A stretch of DNA of 64,000 bases. It comes from Actinobacillus sp. GTDB taxonomy: Bacteria > Pseudomonadota > Gammaproteobacteria > Enterobacterales > Pasteurellaceae. The translations under genes were made by a program, and so were the position numbers. Each line of letters begins with the position of its first letter. The first letter of the stretch is position 1. Below, piece by piece: positions 39,538 to 50,651 of this stretch. The stretch spans positions 12,567-76,566 of the forward strand of contig JAHHQZ010000002.1 of assembly GCA_020026075.1 (NCBI GenBank). Reading direction: 5' to 3'. Under the pieces are notes generated by a model. That model was not told where the DNA came from and searched no databases. It saw nothing but the letters and a program-made list of their open reading frames with translations.

Positions 39538-40437
39538 TTATGCCCAAATAATGCTGAAACTAAATAATGCGTTGGTCAAAAGGGCTAACATCGCCATTTG
39601 CCCTAGCATAGGGCGCAATCCTTCCCCTTGTCGCACCGAGTGAACTGAATGTAAGTGTTTGATTAAAAAAGGATAAACTACAATAAAACTGAAATTATAC
39701 CAGTGGTTGCAGGCTAGTAGGGCAAATGCGATAAAACTCAACATCGCTCCAATTAACAAGGCATCGTGGTAGCGGTTCGCCCAGCTGACCCCTAAACGTA
39801 CCACCAGCGTGGTTTTGCCTGCTTTTTCATCTTGCACAACATCACGCAAATTATTGATATTCAAAACCGCCGCCGCTAAAAGCCCAGCGCCGAGTGCAGG
39901 CAATAAAGTCGCCCAAGAAAAATAATGGCTTTGCAAATAAAACGTACCGCATACGCCCACAAAACCAAAAAAGATCACCACTGACACATCGCCTAAACCT
40001 AAGTAACCGTAAGGTTTTCGCCCAACGGTATAAGTGATGGCAGCTATGATCGACAAAATGCCTAAGGTGAAAAAGACCGCAATATCCCAAGGAGTTTGAT
40101 AGGCTAACCATAACAGCACCGCACCACTTACAAAACTAAGCCCAATCATTACCCAAATGCCTTTTTTGAGTTGAGTTGCACTCATTTGTCCTTTTTGAAT
40201 GCCACGCAAAGGCCCTACACGTTCTGCAGTATCCGATCCTTTTTGAAAATCGCCATAGTCATTGGCGAAATTGGATAAAATTTGCAAAAAGAATGTCGTT
40301 AAAAAACAAAAGAATGCCACAGACCAGCGAAACTGCCCTGCCCAAGCAGCCAAAGCACAGCCTGTAATAATGGATGCGGCCGCTAAGGGCAAGGTTTTAG
40401 GGCGGCTGGTTTCCAGCCAAGTTTTGAAAGTTGTCAT
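39538..40437 (-). CDS. menA: 1,4-dihydroxy-2-naphthoate octaprenyltransferase
   Basis: 299 aa UbiA-family membrane prenyltransferase (..NFANDYGDFQKGSD.., ..NNLRDVVQDEKAGKTTLVV..). Confidence 0.9.
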   Translation of the reverse strand: MTTFKTWLETSRPKTLPLAAASIITGCALAAWAGQFRWSVAFFCFLTTFFLQILSNFANDYGDFQKGSDTAERVGPLRGIQKGQMSATQLKKGIWVMIGLSFVSGAVLLWLAYQTPWDIAVFFTLGILSIIAAITYTVGRKPYGYLGLGDVSVVIFFGFVGVCGTFYLQSHYFSWATLLPALGAGLLAAAVLNINNLRDVVQDEKAGKTTLVVRLGVSWANRYHDALLIGAMLSFIAFALLACNHWYNFSFIVVYPFLIKHLHSVHSVRQGEGLRPMLGQMAMLALLTNALFSFSIIWA

Positions 40438-40565
40438 AGAAATTACATAAAATAAAAAAATAAACGCACATTTTACTCTTTTGACCGCTAAAATTTAATG
40501 GCTTTCTGCCCATTCTGCGGGATTTTTTGTATACTGCAGGCATTTTTATTACTTATGTTTCGCTT

Positions 40566-41294
40566 ATGTCGCCATTTCAACACCCTACCCCTTTAACCTT
40601 AAACCCCATCGGCATTATTCATAGCCCTTATCAAGAAAAATTTGCCGTTCCACGCCAAGCTAACCTCGTCAATGTGCCCGCCATTTTGGAACTACTCGCC
40701 CCTTACAACGTGCCAGAGGCGGTGCGTGGTTTGGAAGATTTCTCCCATTTGTGGCTCATTTTTCAGTTTCATCACATCCCACAAGGCAAATGGCAACCGA
40801 CCGTTCGCCCGCCACGTTTAGGGGGAAATCAGCGAGTGGGCGTTTTTGCTTCTCGAGCCACGCATCGCCCCAATCCGCTTGGCTTATCCAAAGTTGCCTT
40901 AGAACGAATTGATTGCTCGCAAGGTACGGTGAAACTTCATCTGCAAGGGGGAGATTTAGTGGACGGCACGCCGATTTTTGACATCAAACCTTATCTGGCC
41001 TTTGCCGACAGCGAGCCAAACGCACGTTGTGGTTTCGCCCAAGAAAAACCGCCAGCGAGTCTTGCGGTTGAGTTTTCGCCACAGGCTTTGCAGTTTTTGC
41101 AAGGCTGTAACGTACCACAGTTTGCGGAGTTTATTCGCCAAGTGCTAAGCCAAGATCCACGTCCAGCGTACCAAAAACGTCAAGGGCGTGAACGAATTTA
41201 TGGCGTGCAACTTTATCAGCACAATGTGCGATTTTGCGTGCAGGAATATCACGATGTGGAACAAATTTTGGTGATCGACATCACCGCCTGCTGA
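40566..41294 (+). CDS. trmO: tRNA (m6t6A37) methyltransferase TrmO (YaeB/TsaA)
   Basis: ..[20 protein letters not shown]...[11 protein letters not shown]...RPNPLGLS.. is the TsaA-like signature. The start is taken at MSPFQ (40566). Confidence 0.8.
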   Translation: MSPFQHPTPLTLNPIGIIHSPYQEKFAVPRQANLVNVPAILELLAPYNVPEAVRGLEDFSHLWLIFQFHHIPQGKWQPTVRPPRLGGNQRVGVFASRATHRPNPLGLSKVALERIDCSQGTVKLHLQGGDLVDGTPIFDIKPYLAFADSEPNARCGFAQEKPPASLAVEFSPQALQFLQGCNVPQFAEFIRQVLSQDPRPAYQKRQGRERIYGVQLYQHNVRFCVQEYHDVEQILVIDITAC

Positions 41295-41323
41295 TTTCCC
41301 CTTTGTTTTTTCCCCATAAAAAA

Positions 41324-41359
41324 ACCGCTTTGCTCAACGTCAAAGCGGTTTTCGTTTTT
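41324..41359. terminator. Bidirectional terminator between convergent trmO and rne
   Basis: ACCGCTTTG-CTCAACGT-CAAAGCGGT followed by TTTCGTTTTT, with an A-run upstream. Confidence 0.6.
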
Positions 41360-41362
41360 AAG

Positions 41363-41407
41363 GTAGGCCGGAATTTTTACAAAAATTTTCGCAATATTCC
41401 AGCCTAG
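41363..41407. repeat. Palindromic intergenic element, long form
   Basis: GTAGGCCGGAAT-TTTTACAAAAATTTTCGCAAT-ATTCCAGCCTAG; it ends 3 nt from the rne stop. Confidence 0.85.
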
Positions 41408-41410
41408 CTT

Positions 41411-44400
41411 TTAAGCCTTCGCAGGGGCAGCGGTTGGTTCAGCGTAAACGTGGCTGATGGCTCGCTCGTGTCCTGCGTCTCCTTTACCATAGAAATGATA
41501 GCGGGAGTTTTGCCATTCACGCACTGGGTATGGCGCGTTGAGCGTGTCGCTGGCTGGGGCTTGCGTTGGCGCCGCTGCCGTGTGAGAAGTAGCGCTTGAT
41601 AACGCTCCAACACGTCCGTTAAAGCAGTATGTGGATTGATAAGTTGAAACTGTAACAGCTTCAATCAGCTGGCTTTCAGGCGTTTGTTTGGCACAGCATT
41701 GCGTTGGCTGAGCAGAGAGCAATTTCAAGGATTGTTGCACTTTTTTCTCAACGGCTGCGTTTGCAGGCTGGCTGATAACCGCCATTACTGGCACGGTCAT
41801 TTCACTATTTTCAGCAGTGCTCAATACACTACTTGCTGGCGAATGACGATCCACTTCATCAGGCATTTTCACCGTTTCAACCACAGCCACTGCAGGTAGC
41901 GTAATTTCACGTTGCGGTTTTTCTGCACGCATTTCTGACTGGTTTGCTTGTTCTTTGGCAAGCAGTTCATCTACGGATAAAAACGGAACGCTTTCCGCTT
42001 TCGGTGTCTGAACTGGCGTTTGCACCCACACTTTGCCCATTGCCAATTCTGGCGACATTACGCCGCCTGTTAATGGCATTGGTGCAGTTGGTGTATTGTT
42101 TTGCTGACGGCGACGGCGATTGCCTACCACTCGTAAATGGCGAGAACCACGACGACCACGTGACTGACGGCGCTCACGCTGTTCCGTTTCCTGCACAGGG
42201 GCTGTCGCTACGCTTTCTGCCACGACGGCTTTTGGAGTTACGGTTTCCTTTGTCGCAGTTTGCGTTTCAAGTGGCATTGGCGCTGGGCTTTGAATTTCCA
42301 CAACGTTCATCGCACTAAGCATTTCCACTGGTTCCACTACATTCACCGTTTCCACTGGTGTGTCAATGTCAGCCGTTGGTGTTTGCACTTGGCTTGCCAC
42401 TCGCACTTTTTTAGCAAGCTCACGACGTGGGCGACGTTCAGTTTTAATTTCTTTAACAGTTTGCACGTCTTCTCGTTGGTTCAAGCGTTCTTGACGAACT
42501 TCCTTGCGAACACGAGGCTTTCGTGTTTGTGCAGGCTTAGTAGCCTCTTGGCGGTCGTTGCGGTTGTCCTGCGTAGCATTCGCATTTTGTCCCGCTTGAC
42601 GGCGGCGTGCTGGCTGGCGGCGTTCACCATTTGCATTTTGACGATTATTCGCTCGATTATTCCGGCGTGGCTTATTTGGCTGTTTCGGCGTTTCTTCTTT
42701 GCTGCCAAGCGACTGGAAGAACGCTTTAATTTTCATTATAAGCTTGTCTAACCACGATTCAGCTTTCGGTGGCGTTGGCGCTGGGGTGTCGATAGCTAAC
42801 GCAACTGCAGCATTTTCCGCCATACTTTCACTATTCAGCAATGGCGTTTCCACTTCACGGCACACCAACGTTTCATTTGAATTTAGCGTTTCGTCTTGGG
42901 TTTCGTGTAATTTCGGCAAATGGTAGCTCAATACATTTGTATCTTCGCCATCACGCACTCGGAACACGTGGAAATGTGGCGTTTCCATCGCTTCATTTGG
43001 TGCAACCACAACGGTCACATTATGGCGACGTTCGATATTAGCAATGGCTTTACGTTTCTCATTGAGCAAGTAAGAAGCAATTTCCACAGGGGTAATGCAA
43101 CGCACTTCTTTTGTGTTTTCTTTCAGCGCTTCTTCTTCAAGTAAACGTAAAATGGAGAGTGAAAGGGACTCGTTATCACGGATTTTGCCTGTGCCTTGAC
43201 AGCGTGGGCAAATGTGGCAAGCGGATTCACCAAGAGATGGACTTAAACGCTGGCGTGACATTTCGAGTAAGCCAAAACGAGAAATACGGCTAATTTGAAT
43301 GCGTGCACGATCTTGACGTACCGCTTCACGAATGCGGTTTTCCACTTCACGTTGGTGGCGCACAGGCCCCATATCGATGAAGTCGATCACCACTAAACCG
43401 CCTAAATCACGTAAACGTAGCTGGCGTGCGATTTCATCAGCAGCCTCTAAGTTAGTGGTTAATGCGGTTTCTTCAATGTCGCTACCACGAGTGGCTTTGG
43501 CGGAGTTGATGTCGATGGCGATGAGTGCCTCTGTGGCATCAATCACAATAGAACCGCCTGATGGCAAGCGCACTTCACGCTGGAACGCTGATTCAATTTG
43601 CGATTCAATTTGGAAATGACTAAATAATGGCACTTCGCCTTGATAAAGTTTCACACGGTTTACAAAGTCAGGACGCACTAAGCGAATGTGTGCTTTAGCT
43701 TTTTCGTAAACTTTTGGATTATCAATTAAAATTTCGCCAATATCTCGGCGTAGGTAATCACGAATGGCACGGACGATAACGTCACTTTCTTGATGAATAA
43801 GGAATGGTGCGGGGCGTGTTTGAGCCGCTTGTTTAATGGCTTCCCAATGATGCAGTAAAACTTTTAAATCCCATTGTAATTCTTCAGGGGATTTACCCAC
43901 ACCAGCGGTACGAACAATTAAACCAACGCCATCAGGCACATCAAGGGAACTTAACGCTTCCCGTAACTCTTGGCGCTCTTCCCCTTCGATACGGCGAGAA
44001 ATACCGCCTGCTCGTGGGTTATTTGGCATAATCACCAAATAGCTGCCTGCCAAAGAAACAAAAGTGGTTAATGCCGCCCCTTTGTTACCACGTTCTTCTT
44101 TATTCACTTGGACGATAACTTCCTGTCCTTCGGTGAGAATATCACGGATATTCGGACGGCCTTGATACACATAATCCGCAGGAAAATATTCACGTGCGAT
44201 TTCTTTTAATGGTAAAAAACCGTGGCGCTCCGCACCGTAATCAACAAAAGCCGCCTCTAAACTTGGTTCAATACGAGTGATTTTCCCCTTGTAAATGTTA
44301 GCTTTTTTTTGTTCGTGACCTGGACTTTCAATATCCAAATCAAATAGACGTTGCCCGTCAACTAAGGCAACACGCAACTCTTCTTTTTGAGTTGCATTGA

Positions 44401-44416
44401 TGAGCATTCTTTTCAT
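41411..44416 (-). CDS. rne: Ribonuclease E
   Basis: 1001 aa. [30 protein letters not shown]... is the canonical RNase E catalytic N-terminal half, followed by an Arg/Pro-rich low-complexity scaffold C-terminal half. Confidence 0.95.
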   Translation of the reverse strand: MKRMLINATQKEELRVALVDGQRLFDLDIESPGHEQKKANIYKGKITRIEPSLEAAFVDYGAERHGFLPLKEIAREYFPADYVYQGRPNIRDILTEGQEVIVQVNKEERGNKGAALTTFVSLAGSYLVIMPNNPRAGGISRRIEGEERQELREALSSLDVPDGVGLIVRTAGVGKSPEELQWDLKVLLHHWEAIKQAAQTRPAPFLIHQESDVIVRAIRDYLRRDIGEILIDNPKVYEKAKAHIRLVRPDFVNRVKLYQGEVPLFSHFQIESQIESAFQREVRLPSGGSIVIDATEALIAIDINSAKATRGSDIEETALTTNLEAADEIARQLRLRDLGGLVVIDFIDMGPVRHQREVENRIREAVRQDRARIQISRISRFGLLEMSRQRLSPSLGESACHICPRCQGTGKIRDNESLSLSILRLLEEEALKENTKEVRCITPVEIASYLLNEKRKAIANIERRHNVTVVVAPNEAMETPHFHVFRVRDGEDTNVLSYHLPKLHETQDETLNSNETLVCREVETPLLNSESMAENAAVALAIDTPAPTPPKAESWLDKLIMKIKAFFQSLGSKEETPKQPNKPRRNNRANNRQNANGERRQPARRRQAGQNANATQDNRNDRQEATKPAQTRKPRVRKEVRQERLNQREDVQTVKEIKTERRPRRELAKKVRVASQVQTPTADIDTPVETVNVVEPVEMLSAMNVVEIQSPAPMPLETQTATKETVTPKAVVAESVATAPVQETEQRERRQSRGRRGSRHLRVVGNRRRRQQNNTPTAPMPLTGGVMSPELAMGKVWVQTPVQTPKAESVPFLSVDELLAKEQANQSEMRAEKPQREITLPAVAVVETVKMPDEVDRHSPASSVLSTAENSEMTVPVMAVISQPANAAVEKKVQQSLKLLSAQPTQCCAKQTPESQLIEAVTVSTYQSTYCFNGRVGALSSATSHTAAAPTQAPASDTLNAPYPVREWQNSRYHFYGKGDAGHERAISHVYAEPTAAPAKA

Positions 44417-44846
44417 TGTGAGATCTCTTAGAAAATAAAATATACCGCCCTCAATTTACCAAACTTAACCACCGACCTCGTGTCTGTCGCCTTTGCCTGT
44501 CTCTCGACAGTCAAGTGCTGGGTGCTTTGGTAGCCTGCCTAATACAGCATTTCTGCACAAACAAAATCCGTTTTCCCATTTGTTTTCCAAATCATAAAAA
44601 CAGCAAGTCGATAAATTTAGGGGTGAAACGTTTTAGGCCGAAATGTCTTATGTATGCACTGCATTTTGAACCTAAAAAACGAAGAAATTGTGTGCCATAA
44701 GCACACAAAAAAATCGTGTTATTATCACCATTCCAGCCCATTTTAGCAAGGCAAATATAGCGGCTTTTTCTAGGGCAAAAAGGCGATTTTCTCCGTCATT
44801 TTGTGCTATGATTGTCGCCGTTTTTGCCCAAAGAAAAGGAATAAAA
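44417..44846. promoter_or_regulatory. Divergent rne / rluC control region, including the long rne 5' leader
   Basis: 430 bp non-coding region with the same rne-rluC divergent arrangement as in E. coli, where the rne leader is autoregulatory. Stem-loops are visible (e.g. CTGTCG..CGACAG around 44485-44512). Confidence 0.4.
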
Positions 44847-45848
44847 ATGCCAAAGACTCACAATGACGAACCCCAAGCGGAAACCATCGTCAACCCAAAA
44901 GTAAAATTCACCACAATTAGCGATGACGAAGCTGGCCAACGAATTGATAACTACCTTCTCGCCCAGCTCAAAGGTGTACCGAAAAGTTTAATTTATCGCA
45001 TTATTCGCAAAGGCGAAGTGCGTGTAAATAAAGGCCGCATCAAGCCTGAATACAAACTCAAAGCCGATGATGAAATTCGTATTCCCCCTATACGAGTGGC
45101 CGAAAAAGCCACGCCGGAATTTTCGGCAAAATTAAATCAAGTCGCCGCACTCGAAAACCAAATTCTTTACGAAGACGATGTCCTTCTCGTGCTAAACAAA
45201 CCATCAGGAATGGCGGTTCACGGCGGTAGCGGGTTAAGTTTTGGTGTCATCGAAGCCTTGCGAGCCTTACGCCCTCAAGCCAAATTTTTAGAACTGGTTC
45301 ACCGCCTAGACCGTGATACATCAGGCATTTTGCTGGTCGCCAAAAAACGCAGCGCCTTGCGCCATTTACACGCCCAATTACGTGACAAACGAGTACAAAA
45401 AGACTACCTCGCCCTTGTGCGTGGCGAATGGCAATCCCACGTGAAAAAAATCAACGCCCCCCTACTCAAAAACGAACTCGCCAGCGGCGAACGAATGGTC
45501 AAAGTGAGCGAACAAGGCAAGCCTTCCGAAACCCGTTTTAAAGTTGAGGCACGCTACAAAACCTCAAACTGCACGGCAACCTTAGTCAAAGCTAGCCCAA
45601 TCACAGGCCGCACCCACCAAATCCGCGTCCACTGCCTACACGCAGGACACCCCATCGCCTGCGACCCAAAATACGGCGACAAAGTATTTGACGAAAAAAT
45701 GCAAACCATCGGCTTAAACCGCCTATTCCTACACGCCGCCAACATCGCCTTCTACCACCCAAAAACCGAAGAACTAATGCGAGTGCAAGCGCCGTTGGAT
45801 AAAAAATTAAAACTTATTTTACAAAAACTTGTTAATCAAACCATTTAA
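44847..45848 (+). CDS. rluC: 23S rRNA pseudouridine synthase C
   Basis: S4 domain (RIDNYLLAQLKGVPKSLIYRIIRKGEVRVN) plus the RluA-family catalytic motif HRLDRDTSGILLVAK. The start is taken at MPKTHN (44847). Confidence 0.85.
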   Translation: MPKTHNDEPQAETIVNPKVKFTTISDDEAGQRIDNYLLAQLKGVPKSLIYRIIRKGEVRVNKGRIKPEYKLKADDEIRIPPIRVAEKATPEFSAKLNQVAALENQILYEDDVLLVLNKPSGMAVHGGSGLSFGVIEALRALRPQAKFLELVHRLDRDTSGILLVAKKRSALRHLHAQLRDKRVQKDYLALVRGEWQSHVKKINAPLLKNELASGERMVKVSEQGKPSETRFKVEARYKTSNCTATLVKASPITGRTHQIRVHCLHAGHPIACDPKYGDKVFDEKMQTIGLNRLFLHAANIAFYHPKTEELMRVQAPLDKKLKLILQKLVNQTI

Positions 45849-45854
45849 TTATCT

Positions 45855-47792
45855 ATGGAAAATAAAAAAACATTGAAGGAATTATCTATTCACAATAGAA
45901 GGTATCTTGGAAATAAGTATTCCTTAACCAATTTTATAAAAGAAACTGTTAATAACCACTGCAACAATATTCACTCTGTAATGGATATTTTTAGCGGTAC
46001 TGGATCGGTATCAAATATCTTCAAAGATAAGAAACTAATTACTAATGATCTACTATATAGTAATTATATTTCAAATTGTGCTTGGTTCTACCCAGAGGAT
46101 TACCGAAAAGATATTATTATTAAAATAGTTGAAGAATATAATGATATAGAAACTACTGAAAATAATTATATGCGTCAAAACTTTGCTAATACATTTTTCA
46201 GTGCAGATGATTGTAGTAAAATTGGTTATATTCGAGAAGATATTGAAAGAAAATATACACATAAATTAATAAACTTTAAAGAGTATAGTATTTTAATTAC
46301 AATTCTCTTGTATGCTATGGATAGAATTGCAAATACTGTTGGTCATTATGATGCTTATAGAAAAACAAATCATTTTGAAAAAAAACTAGTACTATCATTA
46401 ATATTACCTACTAAAAACTTACAAGATAATCAATGCTATAATAAAGATGCTAATCAACTTATTAAAGAAATTAGCTGTGATCTTCTTTACTTGGATCCCC
46501 CTTATAATTCAAGACAATATTCAGACACTTATCATTTACTTGAAAATGTTGCTCAATGGCAAAAGCCTGAAGTTTTTGGAATTGCAAGAAAGATGAATCG
46601 ATCTCATTTAAAAAGTGAGTATTGCCGCACAAATGCGGCAAAAGCATTTGAAGATCTTATTCATAATGCAAAAGCTAAATATATATTACTCTCTTATAAT
46701 AATATGTCTGAAAAAGGTAATGCTCGATCAAATGCTAAAATAGCAGACAGTGATATTATACGAGTATTAAGTAAAAAAGGAAAAGTAAGTATTTTTGAAA
46801 AGGAGTATAAAAGCTTTTCTACTGGAAAAACAAATGTTAATGATAATAAAGAAAGACTATTTCTGTGCAAATGTTTCCAAGATAAATATATTCCATCTCC
46901 TTTTAATTATATGGGAAGTAAATTTAAACTATTAGATCAAATAATTCCCTTATTCCCTAATAGTAAAAAATTTCTAGATCTATTTGCTGGTAGTGGTACT
47001 GTTGGTATAAATAGTAAATCATCAAAAATTATTCTAAATGATAAGAATACACAATTAATAGAACTTATTTCCTATATAAGAGAAACTGATCTATCTACTA
47101 TTATAAATAAGTTAAATAAAATTATTGATACATTTAATTTATCTAATACTTCTACTAATGGCTATTCTTTTTACCATTGTAATAGTAGCATTGGGTTAGC
47201 AGAATACAATAAATCTCATTTTTTAGAGCTTCGAGAAACCTATAATAAGCTATGCCACAGTAATGTAGAGAATAAATACATTCTACTTTATGCACTTATT
47301 ATATTTTCATTTAATAATCAAATCCGATTTAATCGCAAAGGTGAGTTTAATCTACCTGTTGGGAAAAGAGATTTCAATGATAATATGTTGAAAAAACTTA
47401 TACTATTCTCCAATAGAATAAAAGAAAAAAATATTATATTTAAATCCTTAGATTTTAGAAATATTAATTTAGATGAAGTAGACCAAGATACATTTATATA
47501 TTGCGATCCGCCTTATTTAATTACTAATGCCACCTATAATGAAAATAATGCTTGGACACAAAATGATGAAATTGATTTATTAGAATTTTTAAATATTGCA
47601 AATAAAAAAGGTTTCAAGTTTGCATTATCAAATGTACTAATCAGCAAAAATAAAGAAAATAGTTTACTTATTCAATGGATTAAGCAAAATAACTATACGT
47701 GTCATTACTTAAATAAAAATTATGCTAATAGTAATTACCAAAGAAAAAATAAAGATACTATAACACAAGAAGTTTTAATTACTAACTACTAA
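45855..47792 (+). CDS. Fused tandem D12-class N6-adenine DNA methyltransferase (type IIS-style, one domain per strand)
   Basis: 645 aa with two complete domains: RYLGNKY...DIFSGTGSV...YLDPPY and NYMGSKF...DLFAGSGTVG...YCDPPY. It is strongly AT-rich and starts 6 nt after the rluC stop. Confidence 0.85.
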   Translation: MENKKTLKELSIHNRRYLGNKYSLTNFIKETVNNHCNNIHSVMDIFSGTGSVSNIFKDKKLITNDLLYSNYISNCAWFYPEDYRKDIIIKIVEEYNDIETTENNYMRQNFANTFFSADDCSKIGYIREDIERKYTHKLINFKEYSILITILLYAMDRIANTVGHYDAYRKTNHFEKKLVLSLILPTKNLQDNQCYNKDANQLIKEISCDLLYLDPPYNSRQYSDTYHLLENVAQWQKPEVFGIARKMNRSHLKSEYCRTNAAKAFEDLIHNAKAKYILLSYNNMSEKGNARSNAKIADSDIIRVLSKKGKVSIFEKEYKSFSTGKTNVNDNKERLFLCKCFQDKYIPSPFNYMGSKFKLLDQIIPLFPNSKKFLDLFAGSGTVGINSKSSKIILNDKNTQLIELISYIRETDLSTIINKLNKIIDTFNLSNTSTNGYSFYHCNSSIGLAEYNKSHFLELRETYNKLCHSNVENKYILLYALIIFSFNNQIRFNRKGEFNLPVGKRDFNDNMLKKLILFSNRIKEKNIIFKSLDFRNINLDEVDQDTFIYCDPPYLITNATYNENNAWTQNDEIDLLEFLNIANKKGFKFALSNVLISKNKENSLLIQWIKQNNYTCHYLNKNYANSNYQRKNKDTITQEVLITNY

Positions 47793-47802
47793 GGACTTAA
47801 CT

Positions 47803-49755
47803 ATGTATAAAAATATCCCATATAAAAGTTTTTGTTGGGTTATAGGAACAACCAGTTTTAGAACAGCTCAACTTAATTTTAAAATTGAACAGCAACTATC
47901 TCTACTTAACAAGTTTTATAACTTGCAATCAGATTGGCATTGGGATAATGCACTACAAGAACAGTTCTATAATTTTATGCAAGATAATAATTTTTTATCA
48001 GGTGATGCAACAAGAAAGGATAAAGATGCAAGAGAGAAAACTTCTGGATTAGTAAATATTGGGCTTATCAATAGTGATCGTACTTTAACCAATGTTGGCA
48101 AAAAGTTGCTTTCTATCTCTGAAAAAAGTAACTTTAATGATGACAATATATTTAATATTAGTCGTGATAGTTTTATTTATTTCAAGCAACTATTAAAAAT
48201 GAGTATATGTATTAATGATAACTATGTACGACCATATATTATATTAGTGCGTTTACTCATTGAATTAGGCTATCTTAATAATGATGAATTAACATTCTTG
48301 GTACCATTAATTGTAGATGAAGAAAGTTTTGAGCGTATTTGCAAAAATATTAAATCATATCGTCTAAATAAAGCTAATATTGATGATATTATTTTTGATA
48401 ATTTATTAAATAAAAATAACTACAAAGAAGCTTTACAATTATTTTTACAAAACCCAGTAGATAAAGATCTTATCTGTACTATTGGAATGAATAGGAAAAG
48501 CCGTCAATACGATAAAAATTACTATGATCTATACCTAAGTTTATATAATGTATTTTTAAATCATAATAAAGATTATGAAAGCCTACTCGAAGCTACTAAT
48601 TCAGTAAAACAAAAAACTTACTGGAAAAATTTTCTTTTTAAAAATTCTACTATAAGATACATTAGAAAATATAAAGAAAACTCCATAAATATCGATAATC
48701 CTTTTACCCAATGTAAGACTGAGGAACAGTTTAAATCAACTTTCTTTAAGTATTTACACGTGTTCAAAGCAAAAGCAACATTACTTGATTACTTTGATCT
48801 AAATAGACGATATTTTAACCTTACAGAAACACTTATTTTTAAAGATAGTACTATTTTATTAGATACTGTTCCTAAATTTTACTTTATGGAAATAAAAGAA
48901 AAACTATCAAAAATATGTTTTTCTTCTGATGATAACTTATACGAAGATGTACCATTAGATAGCATATCAAATATATTTAATGTTGATATAAACAATGTCT
49001 ACAAAGAAATATCTAAACAATTAGGTATCACACTTGAAAACTCCCAGCAAGTTAAAAAATATATCGAAAATGAACGATTGCATCGTTTTTCTGACCTAAT
49101 AAATAATAAATTTCCTGATCGTATACTTATAGAATTGCTCAGCTGTTTTGAAGAAAGAAACGATAAACGTATCGAATATCTTGTTACAGATGATGCAACA
49201 ATTCCAACGATCTTTGAATATATTCTCGCTATTATTTGGTATAAGGTAAGTGAGAAAAAAGGTAATATTTTAGATTTTATGAAATTATCGCTTGATGCTA
49301 ACTTATTACCAAAAAGTCACGCTGCTGGCGGTAGTGCAGATATTGTTTATCATTACAGTAAATCAACAAATTATCCTGAACATAGTTTACTTATTGAGGC
49401 TACGTTATCTGATAAAACAAATCAACGTAGAATGGAAATGGAGCCTGTATCTCGCCATTTAGGTGATCATAGAATAAATTCTGATAATCCTTTTGATTAT
49501 AGTTTGTTTATAAGTACTTATTTAGATGCTAATGTTATTAATGATTTTAGATATAGAAAAATTATTCCATATATAAAAGGTAATAATACTATTGATGGTA
49601 TGAAAATAATTCCATTGGATACCCACACAATAAAAAATATTATCCGATCAAAACTGACATATTCTGAACTCTATACTATTTTTGATGATAATTATAATAA
49701 AGATATTAGCACTCAAAAATGGCATTTAAACTTGGTGCAAGACATCATAAAATAA
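47803..49755 (+). CDS. Type IIS restriction endonuclease (or nicking enzyme), AlwI / MlyI / PleI / N.BstNBI family
   Basis: 650 aa. ..TIFEYILAIIWYK...SHAAGGSADIVYHY...LLIEATLSDKTNQRRMEMEPVSRHL.. parallels the N.BstNBI catalytic block as I remember it (THAAGNQPDMEIIYEDF..LGEVTTSKGATQFKMESEPVTRH). It is AT-rich and lies 10 nt downstream of the methylase. Confidence 0.75.
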   Translation: MYKNIPYKSFCWVIGTTSFRTAQLNFKIEQQLSLLNKFYNLQSDWHWDNALQEQFYNFMQDNNFLSGDATRKDKDAREKTSGLVNIGLINSDRTLTNVGKKLLSISEKSNFNDDNIFNISRDSFIYFKQLLKMSICINDNYVRPYIILVRLLIELGYLNNDELTFLVPLIVDEESFERICKNIKSYRLNKANIDDIIFDNLLNKNNYKEALQLFLQNPVDKDLICTIGMNRKSRQYDKNYYDLYLSLYNVFLNHNKDYESLLEATNSVKQKTYWKNFLFKNSTIRYIRKYKENSINIDNPFTQCKTEEQFKSTFFKYLHVFKAKATLLDYFDLNRRYFNLTETLIFKDSTILLDTVPKFYFMEIKEKLSKICFSSDDNLYEDVPLDSISNIFNVDINNVYKEISKQLGITLENSQQVKKYIENERLHRFSDLINNKFPDRILIELLSCFEERNDKRIEYLVTDDATIPTIFEYILAIIWYKVSEKKGNILDFMKLSLDANLLPKSHAAGGSADIVYHYSKSTNYPEHSLLIEATLSDKTNQRRMEMEPVSRHLGDHRINSDNPFDYSLFISTYLDANVINDFRYRKIIPYIKGNNTIDGMKIIPLDTHTIKNIIRSKLTYSELYTIFDDNYNKDISTQKWHLNLVQDIIK

Positions 49756-49768
49756 CTAACTAAATAAC

Positions 49769-49802
49769 CCACACCGAAATTTCCACAAAAATTCCGGCGT
49801 GG
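49769..49802. repeat. Palindromic intergenic element, short and degenerate form
   Basis: CCACACCGAAAT-TTCCACAAAA-ATTCCGGCGTGG, located between the R gene stop and the ygfZ stop. Confidence 0.65.
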
Positions 49803-49811
49803 CTTTTGGGG

Positions 49812-50648
49812 CTATGCGTATGGAAGCGGGTGAAGTTTGAGCGGTAATTTTGTGCCGTTTAGGTTGGCAAAAATGGTGCTTTCTGTTGGAGATTCTTCGT
49901 TGAGAACCGCTTGAATCCAAAGTTTGCGGTCGTGGATGATCGCCATTAGCACAGTGCCTGTTGGGCGTTCGCCGCTGTCTAGTTGTTGCAGTAGTTGAAG
50001 ACCACTAATTTCTGTGCATTCAGTTTCTGCACAAAAAACAAACATCGCTCGTTTGTTTGCGCCACGATATTTCGCTCGTGCCACCCCTTCTTGTCCGATG
50101 TAGCAACCTTTGGTGAAGGATACGCAGTCGCCGATTTCCTGTAAATTCAAGGCTTGCGGTAAAAATTGATCCTGCGTTGCCTCCGTAAGTTGTGGAATAC
50201 CATTTTTTAGCAAGGCAATTTGCCATTCTGTGGCGTTCTCTGTGGCGTCAACGGTTGGGGCATTTTCTTGATTGAAGAAAAATACACGAATACCGTTTAA
50301 GAAATCGAAGGTTGCTGTTGATTGTGCCATTGGCTCGCCATTTAGCGTGCCGAGTAAAACGCCCGTCGCTGGCGTAAAGGCTACGCTGGAAAAAATGGCA
50401 TATTTTTGTAAGTGCGCCAGTGTGCTGGCAAGGCTTTCCTGTGGCATTAGGGTAAACAGACTTTCATCGCTCGCTTTGTATAGCTGAAAAATGGAATGCA
50501 CTTTGCCTTTGGCATCACAGTTGGCTGCCAATGTGCTAGCGTTAATGGCGAGTTTTTGTACATCACAAGTTAATTGCCCTTGCAAAAATTTCACCGCATC
50601 ACTGCCGTGAATATGCAAGGCTTGATAATTGCTTAGTAAATAATGCAT
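49812..50648 (-). CDS. ygfZ: Folate-binding tRNA-modification protein YgfZ
   Basis: 278 aa with the KGCYIGQE signature motif. Confidence 0.85.
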   Translation of the reverse strand: MHYLLSNYQALHIHGSDAVKFLQGQLTCDVQKLAINASTLAANCDAKGKVHSIFQLYKASDESLFTLMPQESLASTLAHLQKYAIFSSVAFTPATGVLLGTLNGEPMAQSTATFDFLNGIRVFFFNQENAPTVDATENATEWQIALLKNGIPQLTEATQDQFLPQALNLQEIGDCVSFTKGCYIGQEGVARAKYRGANKRAMFVFCAETECTEISGLQLLQQLDSGERPTGTVLMAIIHDRKLWIQAVLNEESPTESTIFANLNGTKLPLKLHPLPYA

Positions 50649-50651
50649 TTT

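Noticed and set aside
42260-42751. Long antisense or alternative-frame ORFs inside large genes. Examples are 42260-42751 and others in rne, 60908-61489 in topB, 30475-30912 in rlmH, 3682-4098 in citF, and 63123-63565 opposite clpB
   Set aside because: They lie wholly within strongly supported conserved genes, have biased low-complexity composition and lack SDs. They are typical shadow ORFs.
46378-46385. A8 homopolymer inside the methylase ORF as a potential phase-variation tract
   Set aside because: It is short and the gene is extremely AT-rich, so such runs are expected by composition. No longer SSR is seen in either RM gene.
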